From the human T2T-CHM13v2.0 reference genome, Homo sapiens: a DNA stretch of 64,000 nucleotides. Below the pieces are notes generated by a model. It did no database searches. It worked only from the letters and a program-made list of their open reading frames with translations, and was not told the DNA's origin. A program made the translations under genes and the position numbers. The DNA is taken from NCBI RefSeq assembly GCF_009914755.1, contig NC_060931.1; one strand, 5' to 3'. Numbering within the stretch: position 1 is the first letter of the stretch; every line of letters begins with the position of its first letter. Shown piece by piece: positions 39,368 through 55,690 of the stretch.

Positions 39368-42300
39368 GAGAGGGCTGGGGAGGGTGCTGCCATTAACTTG
39401 TCAGGAACCCCCTTCAATCTATGACACTTTACTTCTGCGTCTGGGAAGGCTGTGTTTGCTGGTGGTAGCTTTTCAGGATCCTGGAAAAATCCTGATTCTG
39501 AACCCCAATGCCGTGCAAAGCTGCACAGCACCCAGTCCAGAAAGTCATGCTTCTCCATCTCAGTCACATTTTCAGGTGCACTAATTGGCTTATGCTTTTT
39601 TGCATAAAGGTTGGTGAAAGAGCTGAAAAGTTCTTTTCCGCTTCGGTGGTGGGTTCTCTTTGTTCTGAGTGCTCTATTCGGGTCACATCTGGTAGCCTCA
39701 GCTGCAATTGACTTTTGGCTCTTGGTCTTTAGGCCAAAGGACTTTCCTGCCACACAAATGAGAAGTTTTTAAAAAGAGCTTTACCATCCTACCCATAAGT
39801 TACAACAATTGTCGCTGACCCAGCATTCAGAACTTTGCAGGAGTGAGGCCTCCAACAGCGAGGCTTCTCCTTGGAGCCAGCTACATGTGTGGATGCCTCC
39901 CTTTCTATCTGTGCAGCCAGCTCTCAGGCATGCCTCTTCCCAGCATGAGGCAGTCACATTCACAGGCAGGTTAGCATCTGCTGTCCCTCTCCGGAGGCTC
40001 AGAGCCCACACCAATGCCCATTTACAGCACCTACACCAGCTGTCAAGGTGCAACATGCTTGCTCCCTCTCTGTTTCTCACTTTTCTATTTAAATTTGTTT
40101 AGCATTAGGATAATGAAACATATTCTGTTTGTTAAGGCCAGAGAAACCTGGTTTTGGCATAGAGACCCTAAGGGGGCACAATAATGAGCAAGATTAAGAT
40201 AAAAACAAATGAAAGGACAGGGAGTCTCAGGTGGGCACATACGTAAGGCTCTGCTTGAGTCTGAGCTTTTAGACTGGCACAATTAGCATCATTACTGTTA
40301 TAGTCTCAGCCTCAACATGGAATAAACCTTCATTGATGATTTTTGTTAACTGAAAAGGCAGGTCTCAGCTGTTTTCCATGGGATCCAGATCTACTCCAGA
40401 TCTACATGAGTTTTCTCATTGGCTCAAGCTGCAGCTGGCAGACAGGTGAGGTCAATGGGGATACAGGTGTTTGAACCCCACTGGGGCTCCATCAACGAGA
40501 TCCAGGGCTATGGAAGGACTGGGCTTCTTGCTAAGTGCCCTTGACTTTGCATAATCTCTGCCCAGGCTCCACTTGTGGCCCCATCAGGCCCTCTGAACAA
40601 CAGAATGAGCTATTCACAAAACACTTTGTAAATATTTTTATTTTGAAAACAGCTTTGATCGCCATCACTTTGAGAGGAGCATTTTTAATACCAAGAATAT
40701 ATATGCAGATTTCTCCTACAGTGACCTAAAAGACACCAAGAGTTAAGGGGAAGGGTCCCCACGAAGGGCCTGAGCTCAGACCTTGCTCTACTGCAGTGCT
40801 GGCATCACAGTCATGAGAGAGCCAGTTTTGAATCCAGCCCCACCCCGCTTATTATCGGCATAAAATAGAAATGTAGCATTTGGCCAAACCTTTTAAGTTT
40901 TCCTTCAAAAACATAACCCTTTGTCAATATAACTACGGTTCTTAATTATGAGATGAAACAAGGGAAATGATATAGAACAATATTAAGAGAAATAAAAATG
41001 TCTGTCTTCAAATTAAGTACCTTTTTATCTCATCCCCCTGGGTCATTAATTACCACTGTAGCCTCATCTTGGTCTCCCTACTCAACTCAAGGAGAATACT
41101 TAACTTTCTTTTGGTGGTTCAAGTGTCAAAAATGTCCTTAGGCTGGTGTATAGTTTTTCAGAAAATCACTTCTAACTCCTTTCCTGCTGATCCTTCTAAT
41201 AACCCTGCTTATGGTTTATCGGAGGCAAAGTGTTAAGTGTTTCATCGTTTCTCTAATTAGTTCTAGAGGATAACAGCTCCTTCACAAAAACAAACCATTT
41301 TTCAAAAATTTTCTCCAAGTTTTGCTTCTAGAATACCTTTCCCATCCCTCTTTCTCTCTAGCTAACCATCTGATTGAGAGTGGTTCTAGAATATAACACA
41401 ATAATAACAGCTGCAAATGCTTTTTGAGCACTTTCTTATTGCCAGCCAGTGAGGATGCTGTGACTTAGAAGCAGCACAAGATCACATGGCTGAGGAGTGG
41501 TGGCACAGCCTGCGCCTCACTCTGCCCCCTGAAGGTCAAGTGAGGTGGGAGTTGCTTGGAGTTGAACCTGGGTTCTCCCAACCTCCAACCAGGTGCTATT
41601 GTCCCTGGACTCTATTCCCGCCTTCCTTTGGTTGCTCCCACTCTTATTACAAACAGAGAGAAAAATCCCTTAAAGAGTGAGTCTTTGAGCCTATAACAAA
41701 CCTTTCTGTATCCAATCTTTTTCTCTATTTCTACCAACATATATTTTACATTAATAAAAATTACAGAACATCATGGTTCTCTACTAATTGTAAAAAGGTT
41801 TTTAATTTTAAAAAAGTTCGTTGCAGAGATTTATGAAAGGAACCAAGTGTTTTTCTTCAGGATATTTTACATATGAGTATAATACAGAACAGTTTGAAAA
41901 TAGTTATTCCATGCATATTAATTAAGATATTCTTCCTCTGCCCCTGCAACAGCAGAAATCAATTCTGGTTGGCTTAAACAAAAGGGACATTTTTAAAGGA
42001 ACACTGGAGAATTTCATGGGCTCAAAGAAGCACATGAAACCACCAAGACACAGAGAGGGGAAAAACTGGGGAAAAACTGGGGCATGCCCGGAGACCCCAC
42101 AGTAAGAGAACCTAGACCTTATCAATTTGTCCTGCCATGGTGCAACCCCATTCTCACGTTTCTTGAGATCTCACCATCCCACAAGATAAATCTTCTGTAG
42201 GAAGAAAATGTGATTAAACCAGATTTACTTAGGGGTGTACAAATGGATCAGTCAGCCATGGTGAAGGCTGAGGGGTCAGTGGCCACATTTCAGGACTTCT

Positions 42301-43139
42301 CCCAGAGAAGGGCCATTGTGGTGAGTGGGCTTTGCATTGTGATTTCTTTACATGGCCTTGGAGCCCTAGAGAGCTCTTTTATGTTCCCTTTCTTCCTTAT
42401 TCTATCCCCCATCATGGGGCAAGACTGACAGTCCAAAAATGCAAATGTGGGGAACAAGAAGTATTGGCCACTGATGGTTTGTCCCCAAGATCTCTTCAGG
42501 TAGCTTGGTAACAAGCTAGCAGGGCTCAGGGCTCCCTTGCCCCCTCCGGCAGGAGGTGCTGCACACCTTCAACTTCCTCAGCCTCCTACATCCAGATGCA
42601 GGGCGGCTAGCCTTCCCCGTGACTCCTGTAAATAGCGGTGCCCAAGCTCAGGACATTTTGCAGCTAATCTCAGACAGTTTTTGCCTCACTTTCATGGCTC
42701 CTCTCATGCTTGTCCCTTGAAAGGAGAAGTGGAGGGAGTGGGGTCCCTCTGCTGACACACCCTCCGTCCGTCTCACCCCCTGTGATCCTGCAACCCAGTC
42801 CAAGCATGGCTTTATGTAGGATGCTAGAGAACCAAGGCAAATTCAGCCCCTTCTGCCCACGAGTGCCAGCCCACACCAAGCAGCATTTGCTGGTGGCCAC
42901 CCCAATGCTTTTGCTTAACAGTTAGCCTAAGGCAGTATGACAAACTTAGTTCAGACCTGAAGTTGGGGAGGTTATTAAGGGAAAGAGGTATAAATAATTC
43001 TAGGTGATAGCAACTCCCAGCACCAGGTGGAGTCTAAGCCCTCAATCAAAGAAGGCCTTAGGAGATGATGCAAAGAATTAGTTGCAGGTTCCAGGAGCCA
43101 ATCTGGGGCTTCCATAGCTGGGGGGACATGGGGACTGCC

Positions 43140-43300
43140 ATTCTTGCCCCAGCTCTGTCCGTCACATATTGCTTGATCTTGGGCAAATCACATCACCTTT
43201 TTGTTTCTTAATTTCTTCATTATTACACAGAAGTGTCATAATGTCCATCCCATCTGGGAGAGTTGCTGTGAGACTGAAATCAAAAGTTAAAAGCACTGTA
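43140..43300 (+). mobile_element. MIR fragment
   Basis: cccagctctgtc...tgatcttgggcaaatcacat...gttgctgtgagactgaaat. Confidence 0.65.
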
Positions 43301-44189
43301 CATTTTGAACTATTGTTGATCTGGGGAAACTGAGCCACAGAGCCATTCCCCAGACCAGAATGCAGAGGAATGAACACAGCCTTTGGAATGTGCCAGAGTG
43401 GATGGGGGTAATTAGCTGCCCTGGAGTCCTCTCACTGCACTTTGTAGTTAAAGGTGACTGTGACTTTTGCTAACTTTTCTCAGGATCACAGATTTCTCTG
43501 AGCAGAACTGTAGCCATAATAACTTAGCAGGCTCCACTGGATCGATAACTCTGAAATCTAAGGGCCATTCAGTTGCTAAAGGCTTTTTATTTAGCCTTTC
43601 TGTTTGGTATTAATGTTATCCCCATGGCATCTAAATGGCAGAGCTATTTATGGATTGGAAGTCATTCTGACAGTGTGGCTCCTGGCCATCCATCATGGGC
43701 AGGAGAGAAAAATCCAGGTGCGCAAAACTCCTAGGGTAGGCAGGACAGATGGGGATATTTAATGCTTGCTGATGCCGTGAATTCTACTTAATTTCTTTGT
43801 AAGCAACAGTAGCAAAGGGCAATAGAAAAAGAGCATCTTTCTTTGAAAAGGTAAGAGATCAAGTCCTAAACTTTGCACTGAAGGCATGACTTCTCTGGGG
43901 TTGAAGTCACTGTAGAGACAACATTGTGGTATGTATTGGTACTTCTCAACCTTTTTTGAATATGAAGATTCTTTTAATTGGAAAAAAGGAATCTCAACAT
44001 GGGAGTAACTGCACCTGAATGTTGACTGATTGAGAAGATACATAATTACTGTAGGGTACACTGTATTCAGTAACAATTTTCAATAAGTTTATATTTAACT
44101 CATGAAAATGACACACTTGAAAAATAGTGCATATATGATTGAGACATGTTTTTTTTTTAGTTTAAAGACTGAACATAGACCTTGCTGCT

Positions 44190-44700
44190 AATGATAACAG
44201 TACACCTAACACTTGTTGAGAGTTTATCATGTTCCAGGTACTGTTCTAAGCAATTTTTTTGAGACAAAGTCTTGCTCTGTTGCCCAGGCTGGAGTGCAGT
44301 GTCATGGTCACGGCTCACTGCAGCCTTGACCTCCCAGGCTCAAGTAATCCTTCTGTCTCATCCTCCCGAATAGCTGAGACTACAGGCACATGCCACCACA
44401 CCCGGCTAATTTTTAAATTTTTTTTTTGTAGTGATAGAGTCTCCCTATGTTGCCCAGGCTGGTCTCAAACTCCTGGGCTCATGTGATTCTCCCATCTTGG
44501 CCTCCCAAACTGCTGGGATTACAGGTATGAACCACTGTGCCCGCCGTTTTAAGGCATTATCTCATTTAATTTTCATGACAACTCTGTGAGATTGGTAACA
44601 ATCACTATTCCCATTTTACAGATGTGGAAATTGAGGATCATAGATGTTAAGTAACTTTCCCTGGGTCACTCACCTGGCAAGTGATGGAAAAAATGTTCAT
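44190..44700 (-). mobile_element. MIR interrupted by an AluJ
   Basis: ccaggtactgttctaagc | cattatctcatttaat...cccattttacagatgtggaaattgagg. Confidence 0.85.
44254..44545 (-). mobile_element. AluJ SINE
   Basis: cacggctcactgcagccttgacctccc, ctcctgggctc. Confidence 0.95.
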
Positions 44701-45256
44701 CCCTGAGTCATCCATTATTGTCATCAACATCATCATCCACAGTCTGCAAGACTCGCCCAGTGCAGACTTTGCATGGAGCTGACATGCAGGCGGGTGGGGA
44801 GAAACTCCAGCACTCTGTTCAACATCTTTTGAAGTCGGCCTCCCAGCTGTGAGCATGTGCCAACCTCTCTTGACTGCACATCCTGCTTTATTCTCTTCTC
44901 CCCTCTCTTCCTCCTTTATCTCTTCCATTTGGCCTTTACAAGTGTGGGTTCAAGAGGAACTTTTAGAGAGGGGGCAGGGCACAGAGAGTTGAGAGACTGC
45001 CAGATATTTGAATAAAATGTTGTCTCTGAATCCTATTTTCCACTGTTTATCTCCTTCAAGGCTCCTGACTGAGGAAGGATTTTCACAGGGAACAAGAGTC
45101 AAATGGGAAAACCTATGACTTCATTAGTAGCTAGGCAAACTCCTGACACTCCAAAGGCCAGCCTTCTCTGCAAAAATCTGGTTTGGAGATTATGAGGCCC
45201 AAATTAACTTCCTATTTCCTATTCTTTACATCTAGAATGTAAACATTCTGTAGAAA

Positions 45257-45564
45257 TTTCTTTTTTATTTTTTCTTTTGTTGAGACAGATTCTCGCTCTG
45301 TCGTCCAGGCTGGAGTGCAGTGGTGCAATCTTGGCTAACTACAACTTCCGTCTCCTGGGTTCAAGCGATTCTCCTGCCTCAGCCTCCCGAGTAGATGGTA
45401 TTACAGGCACGTACCACCACATGTGGCTAATTTTGGTATTTTTAGTAGAGACAGGGTTTTGCAATGTTGGTTCAGGCTGGTCTCGAACTCCTGACCTCAG
45501 GCGATCTGCCCGCCTCAGCCTCCCAAAGTGTTGGGATTACAGGCATGAGCCACTGCACCTGGTC
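45257..45564 (-). mobile_element. AluSx-like SINE
   Basis: Reverse Alu dimer; tagaaatttc at both flanks. Confidence 0.95.
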
Positions 45565-45649
45565 TTCTTAGAAATTTCTGAGTCCACCTTTTAAAACTAG
45601 TCTCATGAAGGAAGAACAGCTAGCCTGTCTTTCTATGTGGACATCCGAT

Positions 45650-46183
45650 ATATTTGTCCCTATCTTTTCTCTGGCAATGACACTGCCATTTCTTTTGGGA
45701 AACTGGCTCTCTTCCATTCCTTGTCATTCTGGTAGAGGCCACCAGTTACAGTATCTGTGTTCCTCCCTTGCCATGGCCCCATTGACTTATCCAGGAACAT
45801 GGATGTGACTCAAGCAAGGCTGATCCATGGACCTGGAAAAGAGGAGGTCTTCCTCCTTCTTGGGTGTTACAAACTGAAGTGCTACAAATGTAGAGCCACC
45901 TGAGGCCTCTGTCCATGCCATGGAGGAGGGCCATACATGGTAAGAAAGAAGTTGAAGCTAACATCCAGAGGAAAGCAGAGTTGAGAGATGGAAGAGTTGC
46001 AAAAAGAGTTTGAGAGATGGAGCGATAGGTTAGTAGATAGATAGATACCTGATGACATTCTTCATCTAGATAGGCTTGCATTAGGTTCCACTCTTGGTAT
46101 TTGTGGCTACAATAATTCACCTTTGTTCTTATCTTAAATTGCTTTGTTGTAGACTTGTAGCCAAAAAAGTCTTGACTAATCCA
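45650..46183 (+). mobile_element. Old MaLR LTR (MLT1J/K-like)
   Basis: ggatgtgactcaagcaagg, agccacctgaggc...ccatgccatggagg, 3' end acttgtagccaaaaaagtcttgactaat. Confidence 0.55.
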
Positions 46184-48039
46184 CTCACCCATTCAGCACA
46201 GAAAAGTACTCCTGATGTGCGTCACTTTACAACAAAGCCATCCTGCATGCTGGTGCCATGTGGCTCAATGAATGTGAGGCTTTGACCAATTTGGGAGGAG
46301 TTACTGTGGGGTGGAGATGTGCTTCAAAGTGTGGGCAGAAGGGTTCACTCTATTCTAATTGAAGAAGGATGTTTTATCCTAGGAGTAAGGTAGGTGAACC
46401 CCTCTTTTAGACTTTGGGAATCAATGAATGCAACGAGAAAGGAATTTGCTGCTATTTCTTGTGAGCTCCCTGTGACTGAGTTGTTCTGGAAGGGTGAGGC
46501 TTAAATATCCAGGCCCAATCTGGTGGATCATGTAAGTGTTATTCTGAGTATATTTTTGAAACTGGTGAAAGCTGGTCACCACTTCTGAGAGGTAGTAGAG
46601 AGTTCCTTTTTTTTCTCAGCAGACAAAGATCAATAAGGAGGGGAGAGTTTGAGGGGCTTTACCTATGAGTAAGAGGGAATCCTGAGGAAGTACAATTCTG
46701 CTCCTTTGGGACTGGTTTAGGAAGAAGTTGGTGGGAGAGACATTAATGTAGGAAGAAAAAATGCTGCTTTTGGGTGTATCACTCTGATGTCATCATAAAA
46801 TATTATGGCTTTATTGCTTCACCATTTTAATAAAAACTCAGTTTAAGGATGTATAATTTTGGACAAACATGTAATCTGGATGGCCATTAGAGACAAATAT
46901 TGCAGATTCTAATGCCTGAATATAGACCACTGCACATATCGGAAACATATAAGATGACAGAGTAGATCCTTTTAGACCCATCCAGTATCTTTTATTTTTA
47001 TTTTTCTTAGCATTTTCCATTCTCCTTTTCTTTACTTTCTTCCTTGATCAAATACTCCTATAACTGAAGACTGTGACCTTCACTCTTGAACTCATATTAG
47101 TATCTTTGGGGAGTTTTGGAGTGTCTCCAAGATGGTAATCACTGGGGTGGTTTTCCGGAGAAAAATGTGAGTGCTGGCTGGGACTTAGGAAATCCGAGTG
47201 ACCCTCTGGAAGGCATTTAAAATTCTCTCAAAGCCTCTGTTTCTCCAAGTGGAGAGTGAGAGAGTAAGATTCCATAACCATTAGCTTTCCTCTGACTGTT
47301 CCCTGCAGAAGCTGGGCACTGTAGTGGTTGCTTCTCTTGCTGGAGTCTTTGGTCTCAAGCAGAACTTGCCTTGTGCTTCTCGGACTGTTGGACAGTTCTA
47401 ACCTTCCAGCCCCTGCCTCTACACCCTGCCCCCCAGCCCCCCAGCCTCCCACCCCTTCCCCACTTGCCAACTGCTTAGATGACTGAGAACTTGCTTATTT
47501 TTGAAACAAGAGAATGAAAAGGAGGGTTTCTTTGCAAACCTTTTTCAGTGTCAGAGCAAACACTGGGCTAGAGGCATTGTGGGCTCGGGAGTGTCCGGTA
47601 GCCTTCATATCACACTGTTCTCTGTGGCCCACTTTGCCCACCTTGCCCTTATGTCACCCAGGGCCCTTCTAGGCTGCCTTTGAAGAGTTACTAATTATGG
47701 TCCACATTCTGAAGTTCATGTTATTGCAGACAGCCTGGAGCAGGGCCCCCAGGCTTTGATGGCCATGGCTCCGAAAATGCCTTATAGTTTAGATGTTCAG
47801 ATGTTCAGGCAGGGAGCTCAGGTGTTCCATTCCTTTGGCCTTATATCTCTTCCTATGATTAGGCAGCAAGCAATATTTCCCAGGAAGGACCTTGACCTTT
47901 TGCAGAACTCACAGAGGAATAAAGGGGATTTTTGGCCAAGGCGATAACAAATGAATTCAGAGGGTCTACTTTGGTGGTGACCTTCTACGGCGATTTGGTG
48001 ACTGCCTATGGCTGTGTGGTGGGAAGAACACATTGAGTT

Positions 48040-48235
48040 CACATGGGTGGCGAGCTAGTTCTAGGAGTAGACCCGTCACTCCCTCCCGAGTGACCTTGGG
48101 CTGACCATTCACTTAACCTCTGTGACTGTCAGCCTTCTCACTTGTAAATTGGGACAAGAATTCCCATTTCATGGGAGATTGTTGTGACAATTAAGTGAGA
48201 TAATGGGTGTCATGCCATGTTGCCAGCACTTTTAG
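48040..48235 (+). mobile_element. MIR SINE
   Basis: gtgaccttgggc...acttaacctctgtgactgtcagccttctcacttgtaaattggg. Confidence 0.8.
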
Positions 48236-50340
48236 CTTTCCTACGGATACTGCGAGGATTAAATGAGCCAGCTGACAGGAAGGCCATTTGCTAATTGGGA
48301 AGGCTGGGGCAGAATGGGACTGACTGAGCCAGGCCAGTGGGTGTGATTGAGCAGAACTGATGACCTTGGCCACTTAAGATAGGAACTGGCTGCCCCATTA
48401 GCCCCCTCAAGCTCTGGAGGTGAGGTGTTGAACTTGCTCAAGTTCAGTTGCTTGGATTTTGGCAGAGATGCGCAGACCCAGGGGGCGAAGTGCTCTTCTT
48501 GTCATTGCCTCCATCTCTCCCCGTGTCCCAGGCAGGGAATAGCTGCAGCCTCGGTACCTCCTTGCTCATTGCTCAAAGTCAAGCAGTGTTTTACGACTAA
48601 GGCGGATGAGCATGTCTAAATATTTAACTGGCAGATCAATCTGTGGCGACAAGGAGCAGCATTAAAAAAAAAAAGACGAGACATTCCAGTGACGTCTTCA
48701 TGATTGGCAGCATGCCATGGGGAGGAGACTGGGCTCTGTCTGGGATATAGCTCAGAAGGGGAGAGAGTGATAAGTCAAAGAACACTGGACTAGAAGTCCT
48801 ATTGCTGGCTCTTAACCAGAGCCTGTGTGCTTGGAGCAATAGAGAGTGGACAGACAAGAGATTGATTGCACGTAGCTCCAGCCAGCCTCCCGGCATGCTG
48901 AGCTCCTGGGTGGTCTCCAGCTTCGATCATCGTCTGTCCCCTGATTGAGTGTGCATAGACAGGTGACATCAGATGGGAGGAAGGAGGACATGGCAGAAAG
49001 GGAATACAAATGAGTAACTGTATTTTACATGCTTGACAGAGGACAGTGCTGGGCTTGCAGGCATGATGATGGTGGCTGTCCCTGCCCTGCTAAGGCACCC
49101 CTAGGATAGGATAGGGTGGCTCCTACTGTAAAGGAGGCAGGTGGCATCTCCAGGCTGGATCAGGCAGCCGTGTTATGATGAAGCTGCAGGCTTAATGTTA
49201 GTAGAGCTGCAAGTGCAGATGTAGCCTTCAGAAATGCAGTACCAGATGGTGCAGAGTGGAGGAGCCTGGCTTGTCATCACATTCAGACGGTCATAAAGCA
49301 AAGACAGCAATTATAGCTAACGCTTTCTGGATGCCTACTATGTGCTAGACCCTTTGGTAGGGAATTTACATACTTATTTATTCCTTCAAGAAACCCCTGA
49401 GATAAACAGAATATGGAAGTGGATATATAAACATACACACACACATACACACATGTATAAATATACCACATATATAAATAAAAGACACCCATATATATCC
49501 ATATTTGTAGGTGTGTGTATATATGTGTATATGTATGCAAATATATATAATAACTTTGCTATAAGCTTTGTTTAAATCACTTATCCTCTATTTCTCTTGC
49601 CTTTAATATGGAAACACATGCCTATATCTGTTTATTTATATACTTAAGACAATGTTTATACTCTCTAAACCTTCATTCCTTTCTAGTGACCAAAATGTAT
49701 TGGATACTCAGCTATGGGAGATCCCACTGAGCGAGAGTGGCTAAAGGTAGACCTTGACCTGGGAATAGCTGCCTTTTGAAGCAGGAACAGCTCCAGAGGC
49801 AGCTGCATCAAGCAGTCCTGCCTGGTGAACATCAGAGTAATGAACGTCACTGCTGTGCTGCCTGACACCCTCATGTTCTCCAAGCTATGTAAGCATTGAC
49901 CATTGTTCACGTGTGCACATATGCATTAGAGTTCCTTGTTCACCATGTATCCTGAGTGCTTCCATCAGTGCCTGGCACCTAGTAGACACTCAATAAGTCT
50001 TTGTTGAATGAATGAGTTCTAGGTGAGGGAGGAGAGCTCAGTTTCCATGAGTTCCACAAAGTCACAGAGTAAAAGCGTGGCAAACTTACATTCCTTCCCC
50101 ATGTAAGCACTTTTAGCTTCCAGGCCTGAATCTAAAGAGCAGACAGTTTAATCTCAGTGTGGTTTAATGCCCTCAGTATTTCAGCCATTGTTTTCTGCAA
50201 TTCTCTTTGTGAAATTCTTAGAAATAGTCTCTGAGATTTAAGGATTTCCTTCATGTGGTTTTCATCTCTCCTTCTAAGCAAAGGCAAAGTTAACTTTAAA
50301 CAGTATTAGGGGACAGGTAAATGGCAGTGTCCCATGGCCC

Positions 50341-50438
50341 CGTGTGCATGCGTGTGCATATGTGTGTGTGCATATGTGTGTGTGTGCATGTGTGTGCACG
50401 CATGTGTGTGCATGTGTGTGTGTGCATGTGTGTGTGCA
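50341..50438 (+). repeat. Compound (TG)n/(CATG) alternating purine-pyrimidine tract
   Basis: 98 bp of uninterrupted YR alternation. Confidence 0.95.
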
Positions 50439-51748
50439 AACACACACTTGTGATGCTGAGAACACTGGTCTTATTTTCTCCCAAACATGTTAGCTCCACA
50501 ATTTCATAATTAGGGGGGATGCTAATGTTCTATGATTGGAAAATGTCACCCTGCGTGACTAATTTGCCAGCAGGGCCTAATTGAAGTTCAGCATCATCTG
50601 CGGCTCCTGTAAAGTCTTTCTTCTGAAGTGTGGAGGCAGAGGCAGTGGCGGTGGCAGGGAGCCAGGCTGGGCCAGTGGACGGAGATTTATTGCCCCTCAT
50701 TTCTCAACAGTTCTGAAGGGTCAGATGGGATATCAGCTGTGGTTGAAATGGGGTTGGCCATAAAGGAAAAATCTGGGGCTGGACTAACCCATGTGGCAGG
50801 TGGCACTCAATAAATAGCTGGGCTTTCTCCAGGGAGGGCTTGTTTTTTTTTTTTTTTTTTTTTTGAGTGAGAGGGGTCTTTTGTGTGAATGCAAACATCA
50901 CAGAGCAGCAGGGCCCGAGGCAGCCTAAGGCAGAGGGTAAATCCTAGGGAGTTTATTCCCATGGTACATCCACTAGGCTGCAGGATCCTTGAGGTCCAGG
51001 GATGCGTGTTGATTTATTCCCAGGTTCTCAGTGCCTATTGTCATGCGTGGCACCAAGTAGGCATCCAGTTATACTTTCCTGCTTGCATGGAAGGAATGGC
51101 GACCTCTGTTTCTTCAGGTCAGAGATGACTTTGTATTGGATTCTTGACCTGGATTTTAGGGAGTGAGTAGGAACAGCAGGAAGATGGGACATGAGGGTAT
51201 TTGATATTTGAGACCTTCATTCATTCAACAAATATTTTCTTGAGCATTTTCTATGCACAGATTATGAGACGAGATACTGGGTATAAACTGATGAACAAAC
51301 TCTCATGGTTTCTGGTTTGTGGAGGTCACATTCCAATAAGAGGGTCAGACGATAAATAGACAAGAAAGAAGCCAACCCTCAAGTTACAAATTTGATCCAG
51401 TGCTGTAATTTAAAATTACGTATGTGTGGTGAGGGAGGATGCTATTTTCATATGGTTGTCAAGGAAGGCGTCTCTGAGGAGGTGACATCCAGTTGACACA
51501 GGAGTAATGAGAAGGAACTGGCCATGTAAGGATGGAGGGAAGCGCATTCCAGGCAGAGGGAACAGCATGAGAGAAGAGTGTGCCGCAGGAAAGAAGGTGA
51601 ACTGAAATAAGGGCTGAAATTGGGGTGTGGGTGGGGAGGCGTGTTGGAGATGTTGGAGAGGCAGGTACAGGCCACATCATGCAGGACCTCTTTGGGTTTA
51701 GGGAGGAATTTGGGTTTTAGTCCAAGCGCAATGGAGATTCATTAATGA

Positions 51749-52073
<325 letters not shown>

Positions 52074-52081
52074 AATACTTT

Positions 52082-52373
<292 letters not shown>

Positions 52374-54864
52374 CCTTAGGGATACAATTTGAGAAGATGA
52401 TAAATCCTGCTGTAGAGAATGGATTATGGAGTGGCTGGGTAATAATGGATCCAGGACCCTGGTTAGGCTATTGGAGTAGTCAGAGGAAAGAGGGGGCTCT
52501 GGAAGATGCTAGGAAGCGGGAGTATTTTTCTTGTAGGCAGTGGGAGCTGCTGAAGCATTTTGCCCAGCAGTGGGTAACTGGGTGGGGTGTGTATTTTGTA
52601 ATAATTGCTCTGGTGGCAGTGTAGAGAATGGATTGGAGGAAAGAAAGATGAAGGGAGGAAAATCAGTTTCTGGTTATGTTATAGGGACCGTATTTTAAAG
52701 GGGAAATAGGCAAACTGTAGCTGACCAGGATGGCACAGATTTGGAAAACGCTGTATGAGGAAGAGTCAAGGATCCAGCCTGACTGAACGCAGAGAAACAC
52801 ACTGGGCAAGAGAGCCCCCATGTTCTGCGGGAGTAGCCGCCAACCAGAAGGGAGCAGACCTCCAGGGGTGAAAGCGATGAGGTCACTGGGAAGCTCAGTG
52901 TGCGAAAGGGATGGGTTTCTGACAGTTAGAATTGCTTGGCTATGGGACAAGTTTTACACATATAAATACAATTACTTCTGTTTTTTTTTTTTTCCTCTAC
53001 ATCATGTGAAAACAGGTAGATGAATTTTCACCGAATTGGGGGACATGGTTGGGATGGTCTGCCTTAAAATAGCAATGATGTGGTATATTCAAACCTCACT
53101 TTGAGGATCTCAAGGAGATCCTACTCCCAAACTAAGGAACCGAGAGACACCCATGGGACTGGTTGGGAGGGACACGCCCTGTGTAAACTAAAACTGTGGG
53201 AAGAGACCATTCTTTTGCATACCCCATTTTCTGGATAAAAAGAAAAAGACATTCCTGTTTTTGATCTTTTAATTCAAGAAATGGGGCAAAAACAACCTAA
53301 TCTGATCCTGGACTTTCTCTTGAGTTGCACACAGAGGATTCCTTTTATTCATCCTTCCTCCTGCTATTTCCCTTTAACTCTTAATCACTCACCAACGTCC
53401 CTCCCTATCCAGAAAAGCCCCAACTCAAGAACTAAACTAAAAGAAAGTAGAATAAAAAATAAATGCTCAAGGAAAACCCACTGATATCAGCAGCCCCTAC
53501 CCCCTCCCCATGTACTGTCCCCAGAATTAATTCAGGAGGGAAAGCTATAATCTGATTTCAGACTAATAATGTACTCAGCAGCCCACCCAGCTGTCATTCT
53601 CTCTCGTGCGCGCTCTCCCTCTCTCTCTCTCTCTAGCTTCATCAATTCCTGAATTGCTTTCAGGCCAGTCTTTTCACATATGATTTCTCCACTTTCTAAT
53701 ATTTAATTTTAATTCCAGCCCCGCTTCCCTTGTAAATCCTCTGACTACACAGACCAACCTGGTTTTCCCCTCTGATCCCCTTCTGCTTCCTTCATTATCA
53801 GCAAGACAGACCAGCATCTGCCGGGAGAGCTGCACTGACTCGATTTTGCCTTAGATTCAAGACCTAAGGCAGATTATTGCCCCTGTTATCAATATAAAGG
53901 ACATTTTAATTTTCTGGGGTCCAAGAACAGGCAACTTACTAGGAGTCCAAATGGAAGACGGCCCCAGTGCTCCTGGCCTGCCCCCTGTCTTCCACTGTGT
54001 TCTGGAACAGAGTAGATCCTCTCACACCTTATAGGAAGGAAAGCTCTCTCTGGGTCTTCGGGAGCCACTGGTTCTGGCCTGGCCTGGCAGGCTCCATGCT
54101 GTAGCTCCGAGTGGGAGTCGATAGTTCTGCAGAGCTCAGAGGCTGGGCGGAAGTGCAGAGCTGGGGTGTTCAGGCTCAAGGAGGGGCACTCAGCCAGCTC
54201 AGGGACAAGGGGAAAGGTGGAGATTGCCCTCACTGCTCCCCAAGTCCCTCCACACCCTTCTTCACTTGCTCAGGGTCAAGTGCCAGAGGGACTGTGTCAG
54301 ACAAAGGCCAGCTCTGGGACAAGTGTTCAGGTTCCTCAAGCACGGGTGTATGGCAGGACAGGCCACAGGCCTTTGAACACACCCGGTTTCCAGTGCTCGG
54401 GCAACTGCTGGCTCTCAGGAATGTCCAAGAGGTGGCTACCAGGAACACAGCCTGCATCCCTGGAGAGTCCGCTTCCCCTCAAAGCTGGGTCTCAGGGGGA
54501 TCCCCATTCAGCAAGTACGGGGTTGCCCTGTTTACTCTGGATAGAGCTTCAGTTTGAGGAATCATGTGATTTTGGGCAGTGGCAGCCTGGCCCCTTCTTG
54601 GAACACCTGCAGCCATCTCTTAGGATGGCCTTCCTTGTTTTAGTCTTACAGAAATATCTTGAAGGCAGGGACTGTGTCTTGCACTGCTTCGTATCCCAGC
54701 AACACCAGGCCCAAGCTCTTGGCCATGCGAGATGTTCATTAGGTACCTTTCTCCAGGGGATCAAGGCAGCGTGGAGGAGAGGAGAGAGCTTGGGCCCTCC
54801 GTCTGCACGCCTGCACTGTAGTATCCGTGTCAGTGCCTGTAGTTGTGCCAGCCTGAGAAGGCCT

Positions 54865-55690
<826 letters not shown>

